Below are positions 27,095 to 35,706 of a stretch of 64,000 nt of DNA, in pieces. Position numbers and translations under genes: made by a program. The first letter of the stretch is position 1, and each line of letters begins with the position of its first letter. The notes below the pieces were generated by a model. It did no database searches, was not told the DNA's origin, and saw only the letters and a list, made by a program, of their open reading frames with translations. This DNA comes from a virus, in the IMG/VR virus record IMGVR_UViG_3300008266_009503, positions 1 to 64,000 of that record; one strand, 5' to 3'.

Positions 27095-27537
27095 TGGACC
27101 TAGCAGGACTCGAACCTGCGTCTCCGAAAGCGATAATAATACTAACGTCTCACATGCTTAGTACTGTATTTCTACTGCACCGTAGGGCTGACCTTTATGG
27201 TCGTTTCCACCACCTAGTTTACCAACTAGGAAATTACCTATCTTTTTACGACTTTAGCTTCAGTCGGAGAGATGATTCAAGATGTCTCGAAGTCTCCCAT
27301 TCCACGGTCCTTATTTAGCGAGTCGATCGTGAACGCTCAGAGTAGTTCTGTTCCTAGGTTACTCACCCGAGGCTAATTAGGCTGCTAGAGCGTAATCAGC
27401 GCCTACGAAAGACATTACGTCATCGAAGGTCATTGTTGACATTTCGTCAGTTATTGTTTGCAGTTTTTTAAGGCGACTCTACCAAACGCCTGCATGTAGT
27501 ATTACCTCAACATCCGGATCAATTCCAAGATAGGCCC
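27095..27537 (-). ncRNA. ssrA: tmRNA; tag (A)DEMSTMTFDDVMSFVGADYALAA at 27448..27377
   Basis: GGGCCTA/TAGGTCC-A acceptor with G3:U70 Ala determinant; GCAGG-TTCGAGT-CCTGC T-arm; resume codon after ATAACT; tag ends YALAA-stop. Confidence 0.93.
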
Positions 27538-27539
27538 AT

Positions 27540-27565
27540 ATGTACAAAGAACTTATAATAAATAG
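27540..27565 (-). promoter_or_regulatory. CTATTTAT motif followed by boxA-like AGTTCTTTGTACAT heading the RNA operon
   Basis: Sense CTATTTATTATAAGTTCTTTGTACAT-AT-GGGCC (tmRNA 5' end). Confidence 0.5.
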
Positions 27566-27621
27566 TAAAAGGAGTTTCAACGGTATCCTTTCCGAGCGTT
27601 ACCCTCGACATCTCGGGATTG

Positions 27622-27786
27622 TTATTTAGCTACTGCACTATCAGCAGCAATTTGAGCTACAGTCGAATCAACTGCACCAACAGCACTGTCAACTTGAACA
27701 GCAACTGAGTCGGTGGTTACTTCTGTAGAAGTACCTCCACAAGCAGCCAAAGCTACGATTGCGAAAATTGCGATTACTTTTTTCAT
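27622..27786 (-). CDS. Small lipoprotein (not in ORF track)
   Basis: MKKVIAIFAIVALAACGGTSTEVTTDSVAVQVDSAVGAVDSTVAQIAADSAVAK; lipobox LAAC; repeated DS motifs. Confidence 0.7.
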   Translation of the reverse strand: MKKVIAIFAIVALAACGGTSTEVTTDSVAVQVDSAVGAVDSTVAQIAADSAVAK

Positions 27787-27812
27787 TTTTCTTTTTTTAG
27801 TTAATAAATAAA

Positions 27813-28064
27813 TTATCTGAATTGTGATAATACTTGAGTCAGTTGCGGTTTAGACATTACACCGGAGTTTCTATAAACTATACTACCGTTACTCTCTACT
27901 AGGATAGTAGGAACGCTAGTAATACCGTACTTTTGTGCGAGATCTTTTTGAGTATCTACATCGACAATATTTACATTAATTCCAAGCTCTGACTGAACCT
28001 GTTGTAAGGTAGGTCTAAACATTTTGCAAGGGGAGCACCGTGATGCTGTAAAATAAAATACCAT
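27813..28064 (-). CDS. Thioredoxin
   Basis: FTASRCSPCK CxxC; VPT cis-Pro motif. Confidence 0.88.
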   Translation of the reverse strand: MVFYFTASRCSPCKMFRPTLQQVQSELGINVNIVDVDTQKDLAQKYGITSVPTILVESNGSIVYRNSGVMSKPQLTQVLSQFR

Positions 28065-28091
28065 TTATCTTCTTTTTATAAAAATATGAAC

Positions 28092-28433
28092 TTATTCTGG
28101 ATCTTCCAACTTCAACGAATACTTTTCTTGAACTCCCGGTATGGCACTCATTGTAAATTCTACTCTGTAAGTTGAGTTTAGAGTTGTTACAAGATAATAT
28201 CCTTGATGTTCTTCAATTTTCTTTACTTCGGAGGTATGAAAATATCTATCCGGACCATCTAAAATAAAGAAGCATTGATACTTGTTAGACAACTCTAAAT
28301 GTAAAATACCCTCTTTCACAGCTCCCTCGTAGATTTGATTTGGATGTTCTCCGAAAAACCTATTGTCTCTAAGTTTTGTGAGCTTTAGTGGAATTTTTGC
28401 GTACTTATCAAAGTCTATTAATTTCTTTTCCAT
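28092..28433 (-). CDS. Hypothetical protein
   Basis: FHTS...TLNSTY phage-type motif. Confidence 0.55.
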   Translation of the reverse strand: MEKKLIDFDKYAKIPLKLTKLRDNRFFGEHPNQIYEGAVKEGILHLELSNKYQCFFILDGPDRYFHTSEVKKIEEHQGYYLVTTLNSTYRVEFTMSAIPGVQEKYSLKLEDPE

Positions 28434-28434
28434 A

Positions 28435-29172
28435 TTATAAAATGTTTATTTCTCTATTACTCCAATCAGCTTCTACTTCCCAGGGTTTATTAGACGGATA
28501 GTAAAACTCATCACAAGTACTAGCATTGAAGTAATGTGTATCCACATCATAGTCGTACCCGTAACTCTCATGTATATGTCCACTTATGTGTATAAGAGGT
28601 TTTACCTTCTGTACAGCAGTCCGTAACTGATCACATCCCACATACTCTTGTGTCCCTGGAATATAATCTAACTTATAAGAAACTGGTCCGTGTGTAACTA
28701 CTACATCTGTTTCTTGCGGTATTTGATCCCACACTTCCCAAATCTCAGCTCCTCTATGCTTATTAAAAGCCCACCTGTCTCCGTGAAACCAAGGAGTAAT
28801 TGGAGACCCCCAGATATTAACTCCCCCTATGTTTACCGAACTATTTTCTAAGTAAGCTACGTTTGAAGGTAAGCCGAGCAACTCTTTTTGAAGCCAAACC
28901 GGCTTTACACCTTCCGTATCATCTTCGTAACGGTTAAACTTAGGATCAAAAGAACGGTCATGGTTTCCAGCTACGAAGACAATACCGTAAGTATAGTTAC
29001 TCGCAAACTTAGTACACCACTCCAAAAAGCTTTCTACTTCGTCTTTTCCTCCAACTCCGGAAAAATCTCCTGCATGGATAAGCAAATCTCCAGGGGGAAG
29101 AAAATAGTTTGTTCCTTTAGAAGTTAAGTGTTTATGCCTGTTATGTGTATCACTAATTAAAACTAATTTCAT
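28435..29172 (-). CDS. Calcineurin-like metallophosphoesterase
   Basis: SDTH, HAGD, AGNHD, THGP, GHIHE. Confidence 0.9.
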   Translation of the reverse strand: MKLVLISDTHNRHKHLTSKGTNYFLPPGDLLIHAGDFSGVGGKDEVESFLEWCTKFASNYTYGIVFVAGNHDRSFDPKFNRYEDDTEGVKPVWLQKELLGLPSNVAYLENSSVNIGGVNIWGSPITPWFHGDRWAFNKHRGAEIWEVWDQIPQETDVVVTHGPVSYKLDYIPGTQEYVGCDQLRTAVQKVKPLIHISGHIHESYGYDYDVDTHYFNASTCDEFYYPSNKPWEVEADWSNREINIL

Positions 29173-29235
29173 CTCCTAAATATATGGATTCTTTACTGAA
29201 ATGCCTAATATAAATAGAACTTTGAGAGAAACTAA

Positions 29236-30900
29236 TTAGAAATTACCCATATTCATCTCTTCTTCCTTCTTTTTATCGTCTTTTTTCTCAAAAATAACTG
29301 ATTCAGTAGTAAGAATTGTTCCGGCAACAGAAGCTGCATTTTCGATAGCAGTACGTGTTACTTTAGCTGGATCGAGAAGACCTGATTCTTGGGCTGTAAC
29401 TACGTTTTGAGTCTTAGCATTATAGGTAAACAGCATATCTTCACCGCCATTACCTACTAAGTCCATCCTAGCATCAGCAACTTCTCTGAGAATAGAGTAG
29501 TAATCTTCTATTCCGCAGTTACTGAGAATTGTTTTAAATGGCTGAAAGCATGCTTTACGTACTATATCAAAGCCAAGCATTTCATCTGCAGAGACTTCTT
29601 TTGGTTTAATTGAAAGACCGTTAAATGCTTCGATAAGAGCAATGCCTCCTCCGGGTACTACCCCTTCTACGAGTGCTGCTTTAGTAGCAAATAAAGCATC
29701 TTCTACTCTATCTCTTTTCTCTTTAATTTCGATATCAGAGTTACCGCCTACTGAAATAATAGCTACACCGCCTACCAGTTTTCCAAGCCTTTCTTGAAGC
29801 TTTTCTTTTTCGTAGAAAGAAGTAGCTTTTTCAACCTGATCTTTAATCTCTTCTGCTCTTGCACCAATCGCTTCTACAGTTCCTTGTCCGTCTACTACTG
29901 TAGTGTTTTCTTTAGATACGTTAACTATCCTAGCTTTTCCAAACATTTCTACAAGCTGTATAGGAGTAAGTTTGTCGAGTTTATGTCCTTTGTTCTTAGA
30001 AATAACTTGGCCTCCTGTTAGGATAGCTAGATCTTCTAGAATCAATGTACGCCTTTCTCCAAAATCGGGAGCTTTTACTGCTACTACACTTACAACTCCT
30101 CTCATTTTATTTACGATCAAAGTAGCCAACGCCTCATCTTCAATATCTTCTGCTACAACAAGGATAGATTTACTATCAGAATTAGCTTTACTCAAAGCAT
30201 TGAGAAGTTCTGCAGCTTTTGTAATACGTCCGTCGTAGATCATAATATACGGCTCATTTAGTACAGCCTGCATACTTGTATTATTCGTAACAAAGTACGG
30301 AGATTTATAACCTCTATCAAATTGCATACCTTCTACGATCTCAAGACTTGTCTCTCCTGTTTTAGATTCTTCGATAGTAACAATACCTTCACGGCCTACT
30401 TTCTCAATCGCCGTAGAAATTAACTCACCTACCTCGGTGTCATTATTAGCTGAAATAGTAGCTACTTGCTTAATTTGATCTTGAGAGGCAATATCCTTAG
30501 CAATCTCTTTAAGCCTGCTAACAACCTGTCCTACATACTTATCAATACCTTTTTTTACTTCTACGGGATTAGAACCTTGGTTAATCAACTTCAGACCCTC
30601 TTCTACCATAGTAGTAGCAAGTAGAGTGGAAGTTGTAGTACCATCGCCTGCTTCGTTAGCAGACTTAATGGATACCTGTTTTACAAGCTGTGCACCGAGA
30701 TCTTCTACTTGATCTTCTAATTCATGAAAAGAACGAGCAACTGTAACACCATCCTTAGTTACTTTAACCTCTCCTGATTGTTCTTTAATTAAGACTGTTC
30801 TACCTCCAGGGCCTAGTGTGGAAGAAACTGATTGATTTAGTTTCTTAATACCTGCTAGTAGTTTGTTCTTTAATTCTGTTCCGAAAACTGTTGTTGTCAT
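29236..30900 (-). CDS. groEL: Chaperonin GroEL
   Basis: [45 protein letters not shown]. Confidence 0.97.
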   Translation of the reverse strand: MTTTVFGTELKNKLLAGIKKLNQSVSSTLGPGGRTVLIKEQSGEVKVTKDGVTVARSFHELEDQVEDLGAQLVKQVSIKSANEAGDGTTTSTLLATTMVEEGLKLINQGSNPVEVKKGIDKYVGQVVSRLKEIAKDIASQDQIKQVATISANNDTEVGELISTAIEKVGREGIVTIEESKTGETSLEIVEGMQFDRGYKSPYFVTNNTSMQAVLNEPYIMIYDGRITKAAELLNALSKANSDSKSILVVAEDIEDEALATLIVNKMRGVVSVVAVKAPDFGERRTLILEDLAILTGGQVISKNKGHKLDKLTPIQLVEMFGKARIVNVSKENTTVVDGQGTVEAIGARAEEIKDQVEKATSFYEKEKLQERLGKLVGGVAIISVGGNSDIEIKEKRDRVEDALFATKAALVEGVVPGGGIALIEAFNGLSIKPKEVSADEMLGFDIVRKACFQPFKTILSNCGIEDYYSILREVADARMDLVGNGGEDMLFTYNAKTQNVVTAQESGLLDPAKVTRTAIENAASVAGTILTTESVIFEKKDDKKKEEEMNMGNF

Positions 30901-30901
30901 A

Positions 30902-31192
30902 TTAAGCTATTTTTGAGTAAATGTCTTGTTCTTTGCAAATAAAATATTCGTCACCTTCTACTGTAATTCTTACAGAACCTAACTTTGGAATAAGGACTTT
31001 ATCTCCAACGGAGAGTTGAGAAGGTACAAACTTATCTGAGTTGTAGTTATAAGTTTCTGAAATAGAAACTACTTCTCCCATCTCTGGTCTTTCTTTTCCG
31101 AGATCTGGAATAACAATGTTACCGTACATCTGTTCTTCCTCTTCGATCGGTTTAATAACGATGTAACCGTTTAGTGGACTTAAATTACTCAT
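30902..31192 (-). CDS. groES: Co-chaperonin GroES
   Basis: LSPLNGYIVIK, GNIVIPD, VGDKVL; adjacent to groEL. Confidence 0.92.
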   Translation of the reverse strand: MSNLSPLNGYIVIKPIEEEEQMYGNIVIPDLGKERPEMGEVVSISETYNYNSDKFVPSQLSVGDKVLIPKLGSVRITVEGDEYFICKEQDIYSKIA

Positions 31193-31197
31193 GTTTT

Positions 31198-31386
31198 TTA
31201 TTTAAATTCTTCAATAATTTCTAAATCGGGGATAGTTTCAAGAAAGTATAGTACCCCGTCTTTCTTCAATACGGTATCGGCTCTAAGATATTCTTTCCAA
31301 GCATCTATGTTTGGATTCAAGTCTTCTCTTAGAAGTCTTTTAACTACAAAAATCTTATCTTGAAATTTAAGGAATTCTGATTTCAT
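31198..31386 (-). CDS. Hypothetical protein in the chaperone operon
   Basis: Small ORF between hsp20 and groES. Confidence 0.5.
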   Translation of the reverse strand: MKSEFLKFQDKIFVVKRLLREDLNPNIDAWKEYLRADTVLKKDGVLYFLETIPDLEIIEEFK

Positions 31387-31392
31387 AACCTA

Positions 31393-31918
31393 GTACTTAG
31401 CAGGCCTTTTTTTATTTTTTCTGGGAAAGTGTTTTTAAAGGTTTAATTTCAACCTTACGTATAGCCTTTCCTTCAGCAACTGGAATGCCTAGTACAAGCA
31501 ATCCTTTATCGAGAGAAGCTTCTAGTTTGGAGAGATCAAACTTAGAAGAAATCTTCCAGCTTAAATCAAATCCAGATCTTTTAATTCCTCTGTATATTAT
31601 TGCTTCCTGGTCTATTGGTTTTGTTCTTTCGTATCTAATACGAAGCTGCTCTCCTTCAACGAGAATTTCAATATCTTCTTCGTTAAGACCTACTGCAGCA
31701 ATCTCAAAACGAATACCGTCTTGTGTTTCAAAGATGTCTACGGGGTGTGTAATTTTCTGTGTGATGTCGTAAAATTGCGGAGAAGCATTGAATAAATCTT
31801 TCCACAAAAGATCAAATTGATCCAATTCGAATGGTCTAATGAACGTCATAGTTTCAAGTTTGTGTTCCCTTCCGGTGAACGGTTAATTAATGTTTATAAC
31901 TGAAGGCCTGCTAAGTAC
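31393..31918. repeat. Perfect 16-bp inverted repeat enclosing the hsp20 gene
   Basis: GTACTTAGCAGGCCTT at 31393-31408 vs AAGGCCTGCTAAGTAC at 31903-31918. Confidence 0.9.
31412..31849 (-). CDS. Small heat-shock protein (Hsp20/IbpA family)
   Basis: PVDIFE, EIAAVGL, YRGIKRSGF, ASLDKGLLVLGIP, C-terminal VEI motif. Confidence 0.9.
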   Translation of the reverse strand: MTFIRPFELDQFDLLWKDLFNASPQFYDITQKITHPVDIFETQDGIRFEIAAVGLNEEDIEILVEGEQLRIRYERTKPIDQEAIIYRGIKRSGFDLSWKISSKFDLSKLEASLDKGLLVLGIPVAEGKAIRKVEIKPLKTLSQKK

Positions 31919-31959
31919 CTTGTTTATTTTTGATAAATATATAGAACTCTGCAAAACAT

Positions 31960-32262
31960 TTATTTTTTCTCGGGTTTAATTTTTTCTAAGTATTCCCATA
32001 AAGACTCAAAACTCTGACAAATTAAGTTTTTATTTTCGTCCCAAGCTTCAAATCCTCTACTACCGTATTCATTTTCATAACAAAACCAACTCCACCAATC
32101 ATATCCCTCCTCTCCATACACTTCTTTAATCAACTCGGTAATTACAGCGTTGTACGGATCTACAAAATCTATTAAATCAATTCGCTTTGTGTATAACTCA
32201 CTTAACAATTCATCTTGCTGTTTAAGCTGCATTGTTATTTTTAAAAATCTTTCGTATGTCAT
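31960..32262 (-). CDS. Hypothetical protein
   Basis: DWWSWFCYE...LWEYL phage-type motif. Confidence 0.55.
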   Translation of the reverse strand: MTYERFLKITMQLKQQDELLSELYTKRIDLIDFVDPYNAVITELIKEVYGEEGYDWWSWFCYENEYGSRGFEAWDENKNLICQSFESLWEYLEKIKPEKK

Positions 32263-32275
32263 AACTTAATTTTAG

Positions 32276-32369
32276 TAGTCAGGACAGGATTCGAACCTGT
32301 GTAAAGTTTACAAGCTTTAACTACCACATTCATTAGTGGTATGCGTTATACCTATTCCATCACCTGACT
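32276..32369 (-). ncRNA. tRNA-like element D (isolated copy, 8-nt anticodon loop, long variable arm)
   Basis: AGTCAGG/CCTGACT acceptor; ACCAC-TAATGAAT-GTGGT; TAAAG/CTTTA arm; ACAGG-TTCGAAT-CCTGT identical to element C. Confidence 0.7.
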
Positions 32370-32396
32370 ATTTGCTCTCTATACTCTTTAACAACC

Positions 32397-32428
32397 TAAA
32401 GATAGAAGTTTTCTGTTAAAAAAACAAC
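32397..32428 (-). promoter_or_regulatory. Bacteroidota-type promoter (GTTG-N20-TATCTTTA)
   Basis: Consensus-like -33/-7 elements upstream of element D. Confidence 0.65.
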
Positions 32429-34741
32429 CTAATGGCCATCTCTAAAATTTACCGAAACTTCTGGAATTGCAATCAACTCTACTCCGTCCAGTTTAGTTGT
32501 ATTTTCCATACAGTCTTGAACTATCTCACAAGCCCTTGATACATCTTCTTCCCTAACTTGACAGATTAACTGGTCATGTATCTGACAAATAACCTGTCCT
32601 ACAATATTCTCCCTTTGAAATCTCCTGTTTATTTGTAAAGCTGCACGGTTTACTATACTTGCAGAATAACTTTGAATTTGAAAGTTTAAACAGTTATTAA
32701 GTGCATTCTTATAGTCCCGGTATAGACTAGTAACATACTCAATTCCATAGTCTTTTTCGAGTTCTTTTCTAAATCGCCAATCTTCAATAAGCTTATCTCC
32801 TAGTGCAGCATAAATCTCTTTAGCTTGCGGTAGGTGTCTCACACGTCCTACTTTATTTTTAATATAACCTTGCTCCTTTACAAACTTACGAGAATTCTCT
32901 CTCCACTCTCTCAGTTGAGGAAATCCGTCAAGGTAACCTTCTATAAGCCTTTCTCCTTCTTTTCTATCTACGCCCAGTGACATTGCTAGAGCATACCCGG
33001 ACATACCGTACGGCACACCCAGAGAATAAGCTTTTGCTGTCTGTCTTTTAACCGGATCTACTTTTTTAAGGAAGTTAGGAGCTTTTGTGTGGGCACTAAC
33101 TCCTTCTAATTTTTCAGTTTTTATAGCAATGTGAGAATAAAAGTCAAGATCGTTGTTAAAGATATCTTTTAATCCCTGATCACCTGCCACAGTAGCGAAT
33201 ACTCTAGGTTCTAGTGAAGCATAGTCAGTATCTAAAACCTTAGTACCTTCGTCTGCAATAAAGAACGCTCGAACTAGGTTAGTATAGTTCATAATCATTT
33301 CTTCATCCTGTCCTGGTTCAAGAGGTTTAGGTAATTGCTGCATATCCGATCCATAACGTCCCGATACGGTGCCGTTTTGCTTAAAGTACGGGTAAAACTT
33401 ACCATCTTCTGCTGAATCTAAAAATCGATCTACATACGCAGTTTTAATCTTAGTAAGCTTGTTGTATAAACGAAGGTGTTTTGCCCAAGTATATTTGTCT
33501 TTAATAGACTGAATCATATCTTCGTCGAACTGTGCTTTACCTTTAGTAGTTGACGAAATAGGTTTTTCGCCTAGAACATTAAAAGCTATTTTACCCATTT
33601 GATCCTTAGACTGAATATTAAAAAACTGCCCACTATTATCTTCTTTCCAAAGAGAGAGGCTAGTTCTTACTATTTGATCTTTAGTTAGGTAGGTTGTATC
33701 GCCAGTTATTAGAAAATCTTTAAGAGCTGAGTTAGGAAGTCCAGATACAGCTGCTTTGTTAATCGTAAACTTACCTGTTTTTTCTGATTTAGGTAATTCT
33801 ATGTTATTATGCTCAAGCAGTCTTTGTGCAAAAATACCTTTACTCTTAGGAGGGTAAGCTTCTACAGCCTGATCTATAATCCAACCCCTGACTTTAGGCT
33901 CTTTTAATAGTTCTTGAACTACCAAGACAGACTGCTCTTCTAAGTCCTTAGCTATTCTGTCTCTAGTTTCTTGAATTAGAGGGATATCTAACCTTATACC
34001 GTGTTCTTCCATTGGTATAGTAACCTCTCTATAAACAGGCATAACTTCCTCTTCAAAGAAAAACTTATCTAGACCTTCTTTGATTAACACTTCTAAGAAA
34101 TGCTTATAGATACGTAGAGTCAAGTCAGTATCGGCTGCTGCATACTTAGATAAAATCTCTAGGTCTGCTTTGTAAATTTCGTAACTCTCCTTAGAAGTAG
34201 ATCCGCCATTAGCTTTAATACTATCCTTCAATGCTACCTGCTCTTCATTAGCTTCCTTCTCAACATCCAATCCAATTTCTTTCTGTACCATTATAGCAAT
34301 CGGTTTCAAACCAAACGGACTACCGTATCCGAAAGCTCCTTCTTCTTTTACTGTATGTACTAGTAAAGAAGTATCTGCATGAAGAGAAGGAAGCAAATTA
34401 ATCCCATAAAAACACTTTACATACCGTAAGTCGAAAGAGGCGTTATGGCATATAAGTTTTTTATTTATGAGTTGATTAATAACAAACTTAGTTAATTCAT
34501 GCGCTCCTTTACCTTCTATCTGTACTTCCTCTAATCGGTCTACATTCCATATCATAGTAGGCATATAAAAACCTTTACCTACCTCTCCGGAGACAGAAAA
34601 TCCTATAATACGCCCTTTACGCGGGTTCAGACTATCAGTCTCGGTATCGAAAGCTATGTACTCATTTTCCCTAATGTGTTGAATTAGTTCTTTTAAAGTT
34701 TCTTTGCTGTTTACAGTTACATAACTTTTTTGTTGTACCAT
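32429..34741 (-). CDS. polA: Family A DNA polymerase with 3'-5' exonuclease (Leu at the Klenow 762 position)
   Basis: FDTET, HNASFD, YAAAD exonuclease motifs; SGRYGS; DYASLEPR (A), RQTAKAYSLGVPYG (B), QIHDQL (C). Confidence 0.95.
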   Translation of the reverse strand: MVQQKSYVTVNSKETLKELIQHIRENEYIAFDTETDSLNPRKGRIIGFSVSGEVGKGFYMPTMIWNVDRLEEVQIEGKGAHELTKFVINQLINKKLICHNASFDLRYVKCFYGINLLPSLHADTSLLVHTVKEEGAFGYGSPFGLKPIAIMVQKEIGLDVEKEANEEQVALKDSIKANGGSTSKESYEIYKADLEILSKYAAADTDLTLRIYKHFLEVLIKEGLDKFFFEEEVMPVYREVTIPMEEHGIRLDIPLIQETRDRIAKDLEEQSVLVVQELLKEPKVRGWIIDQAVEAYPPKSKGIFAQRLLEHNNIELPKSEKTGKFTINKAAVSGLPNSALKDFLITGDTTYLTKDQIVRTSLSLWKEDNSGQFFNIQSKDQMGKIAFNVLGEKPISSTTKGKAQFDEDMIQSIKDKYTWAKHLRLYNKLTKIKTAYVDRFLDSAEDGKFYPYFKQNGTVSGRYGSDMQQLPKPLEPGQDEEMIMNYTNLVRAFFIADEGTKVLDTDYASLEPRVFATVAGDQGLKDIFNNDLDFYSHIAIKTEKLEGVSAHTKAPNFLKKVDPVKRQTAKAYSLGVPYGMSGYALAMSLGVDRKEGERLIEGYLDGFPQLREWRENSRKFVKEQGYIKNKVGRVRHLPQAKEIYAALGDKLIEDWRFRKELEKDYGIEYVTSLYRDYKNALNNCLNFQIQSYSASIVNRAALQINRRFQRENIVGQVICQIHDQLICQVREEDVSRACEIVQDCMENTTKLDGVELIAIPEVSVNFRDGH

Positions 34742-34779
34742 ACTAATTCTTTAGCTTACTACACTTACCTACTAGCGTT

Positions 34780-34950
34780 TTAAAATTCTTCTACTATACC
34801 AAGTATCTCAGCTCCAATCAATAGCCCTCCGGCTGTATTGAAATACCACTGATCGGCGTACATTAAAGCGATACCAGCGCATATTCGTACTCCTGATTTA
34901 ATCAAGCTGATATTGAAGTGCCAAGTTGATTTACTTTCTTTCGGTTGCAT
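34780..34950 (-). CDS. Small membrane protein (not in ORF track)
   Basis: MQPKESKSTWHFNISLIKSGVRICAGIALM...LIGAEILGIVEEF. Confidence 0.5.
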   Translation of the reverse strand: MQPKESKSTWHFNISLIKSGVRICAGIALMYADQWYFNTAGGLLIGAEILGIVEEF

Positions 34951-34960
34951 AGTTTATGTT

Positions 34961-35503
34961 TTATAGACTTGAACTTCTCTGCTTATCGTTTTGCCACTGC
35001 CCGTCATAGAGCTCTTCTACAGGACTGCATTCATGAAAATAAATCTGAGCTACTCTAGCATCCTCTTCAATAAAAATAGTTTCAGTAACAAGCATGATAG
35101 TACCCATATTCTCTGTTTCGAATCCTGGATCAAATACTGGAGAGTTAATCAATGTACCGTTACGCCACAGAGATGAACGCTGCTTAATAAAAGCTGTTCT
35201 GTTTGCAGGAATTTTACATCCTTCCCAAAAGGTGATATCGTAAGTTCCTGGATATAGTAACCATCCTTCTACTCCGTCTACTTGTTTAGTATCGACAGCT
35301 GTATAGGTAGTTAATTCAGTTTTGTCTTTTAGTACTTTACCTATTTTATTATCAGAGTAAATACTATTAGCCATACCCTCAACACTAATACCTATTCGCT
35401 GTACTTCTTTAAGTGATAAATCATAACCTACTTGTGCAGGTTTGCCTTTAGAATCCTCTACCTTAAGTAAGTTTTCCTCTAAGATCTGTTTTGAATTTAG
35501 CAT
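34961..35503 (-). CDS. dCTP deaminase / dUTPase superfamily protein
   Basis: GYDLSL, QRSSLWRNG, FDPGFE, RVAQIYF, YDGQWQ. Confidence 0.85.
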   Translation of the reverse strand: MLNSKQILEENLLKVEDSKGKPAQVGYDLSLKEVQRIGISVEGMANSIYSDNKIGKVLKDKTELTTYTAVDTKQVDGVEGWLLYPGTYDITFWEGCKIPANRTAFIKQRSSLWRNGTLINSPVFDPGFETENMGTIMLVTETIFIEEDARVAQIYFHECSPVEELYDGQWQNDKQRSSSL

Positions 35504-35504
35504 A

Positions 35505-35693
35505 TTATTTCTTTTTAAATGGAAATTTTTTATTTAACGTACGTTTTCTCCTCTCACAACCGCAATCCTCTTTACCGAAAAAACGTGCTACCTTCTCGGC
35601 TAACTTATCAATACCGAGAACATTAGTTATCTTAGCAATAACATCGCCAAGTCCTTCGGAAGGTTTCTTTGAATTAAATTCCTCTGTTTTCAT
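35505..35693 (-). CDS. Small phage protein (GLGD...CGC)
   Basis: GLGDVIAKIT...DCGCERRK. Confidence 0.55.
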   Translation of the reverse strand: MKTEEFNSKKPSEGLGDVIAKITNVLGIDKLAEKVARFFGKEDCGCERRKRTLNKKFPFKKK

Positions 35694-35706
35694 ATAAATT
35701 TTTAAC

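Noticed and set aside
23586-27100. CRISPR-Cas system (Cas4-like nuclease plus repeated elements)
   Set aside because: No regularly spaced identical repeats and no cas1/cas2; the nuclease is a common stand-alone phage exonuclease and the repeats are tRNA-like.
27094-27318. Plus-strand ORF MDLAGLEPAS...
   Set aside because: It is the antisense reading of the tmRNA 3' end and T-arm.
31393-31918. CIRCE/HrcA operator (arms contain TTAGCA and TGCTAA) at a chaperone operon
   Set aside because: CIRCE needs TTAGCACTC-N9-GAGTGCTAA; here the match is partial and the arms are about 500 bp apart.
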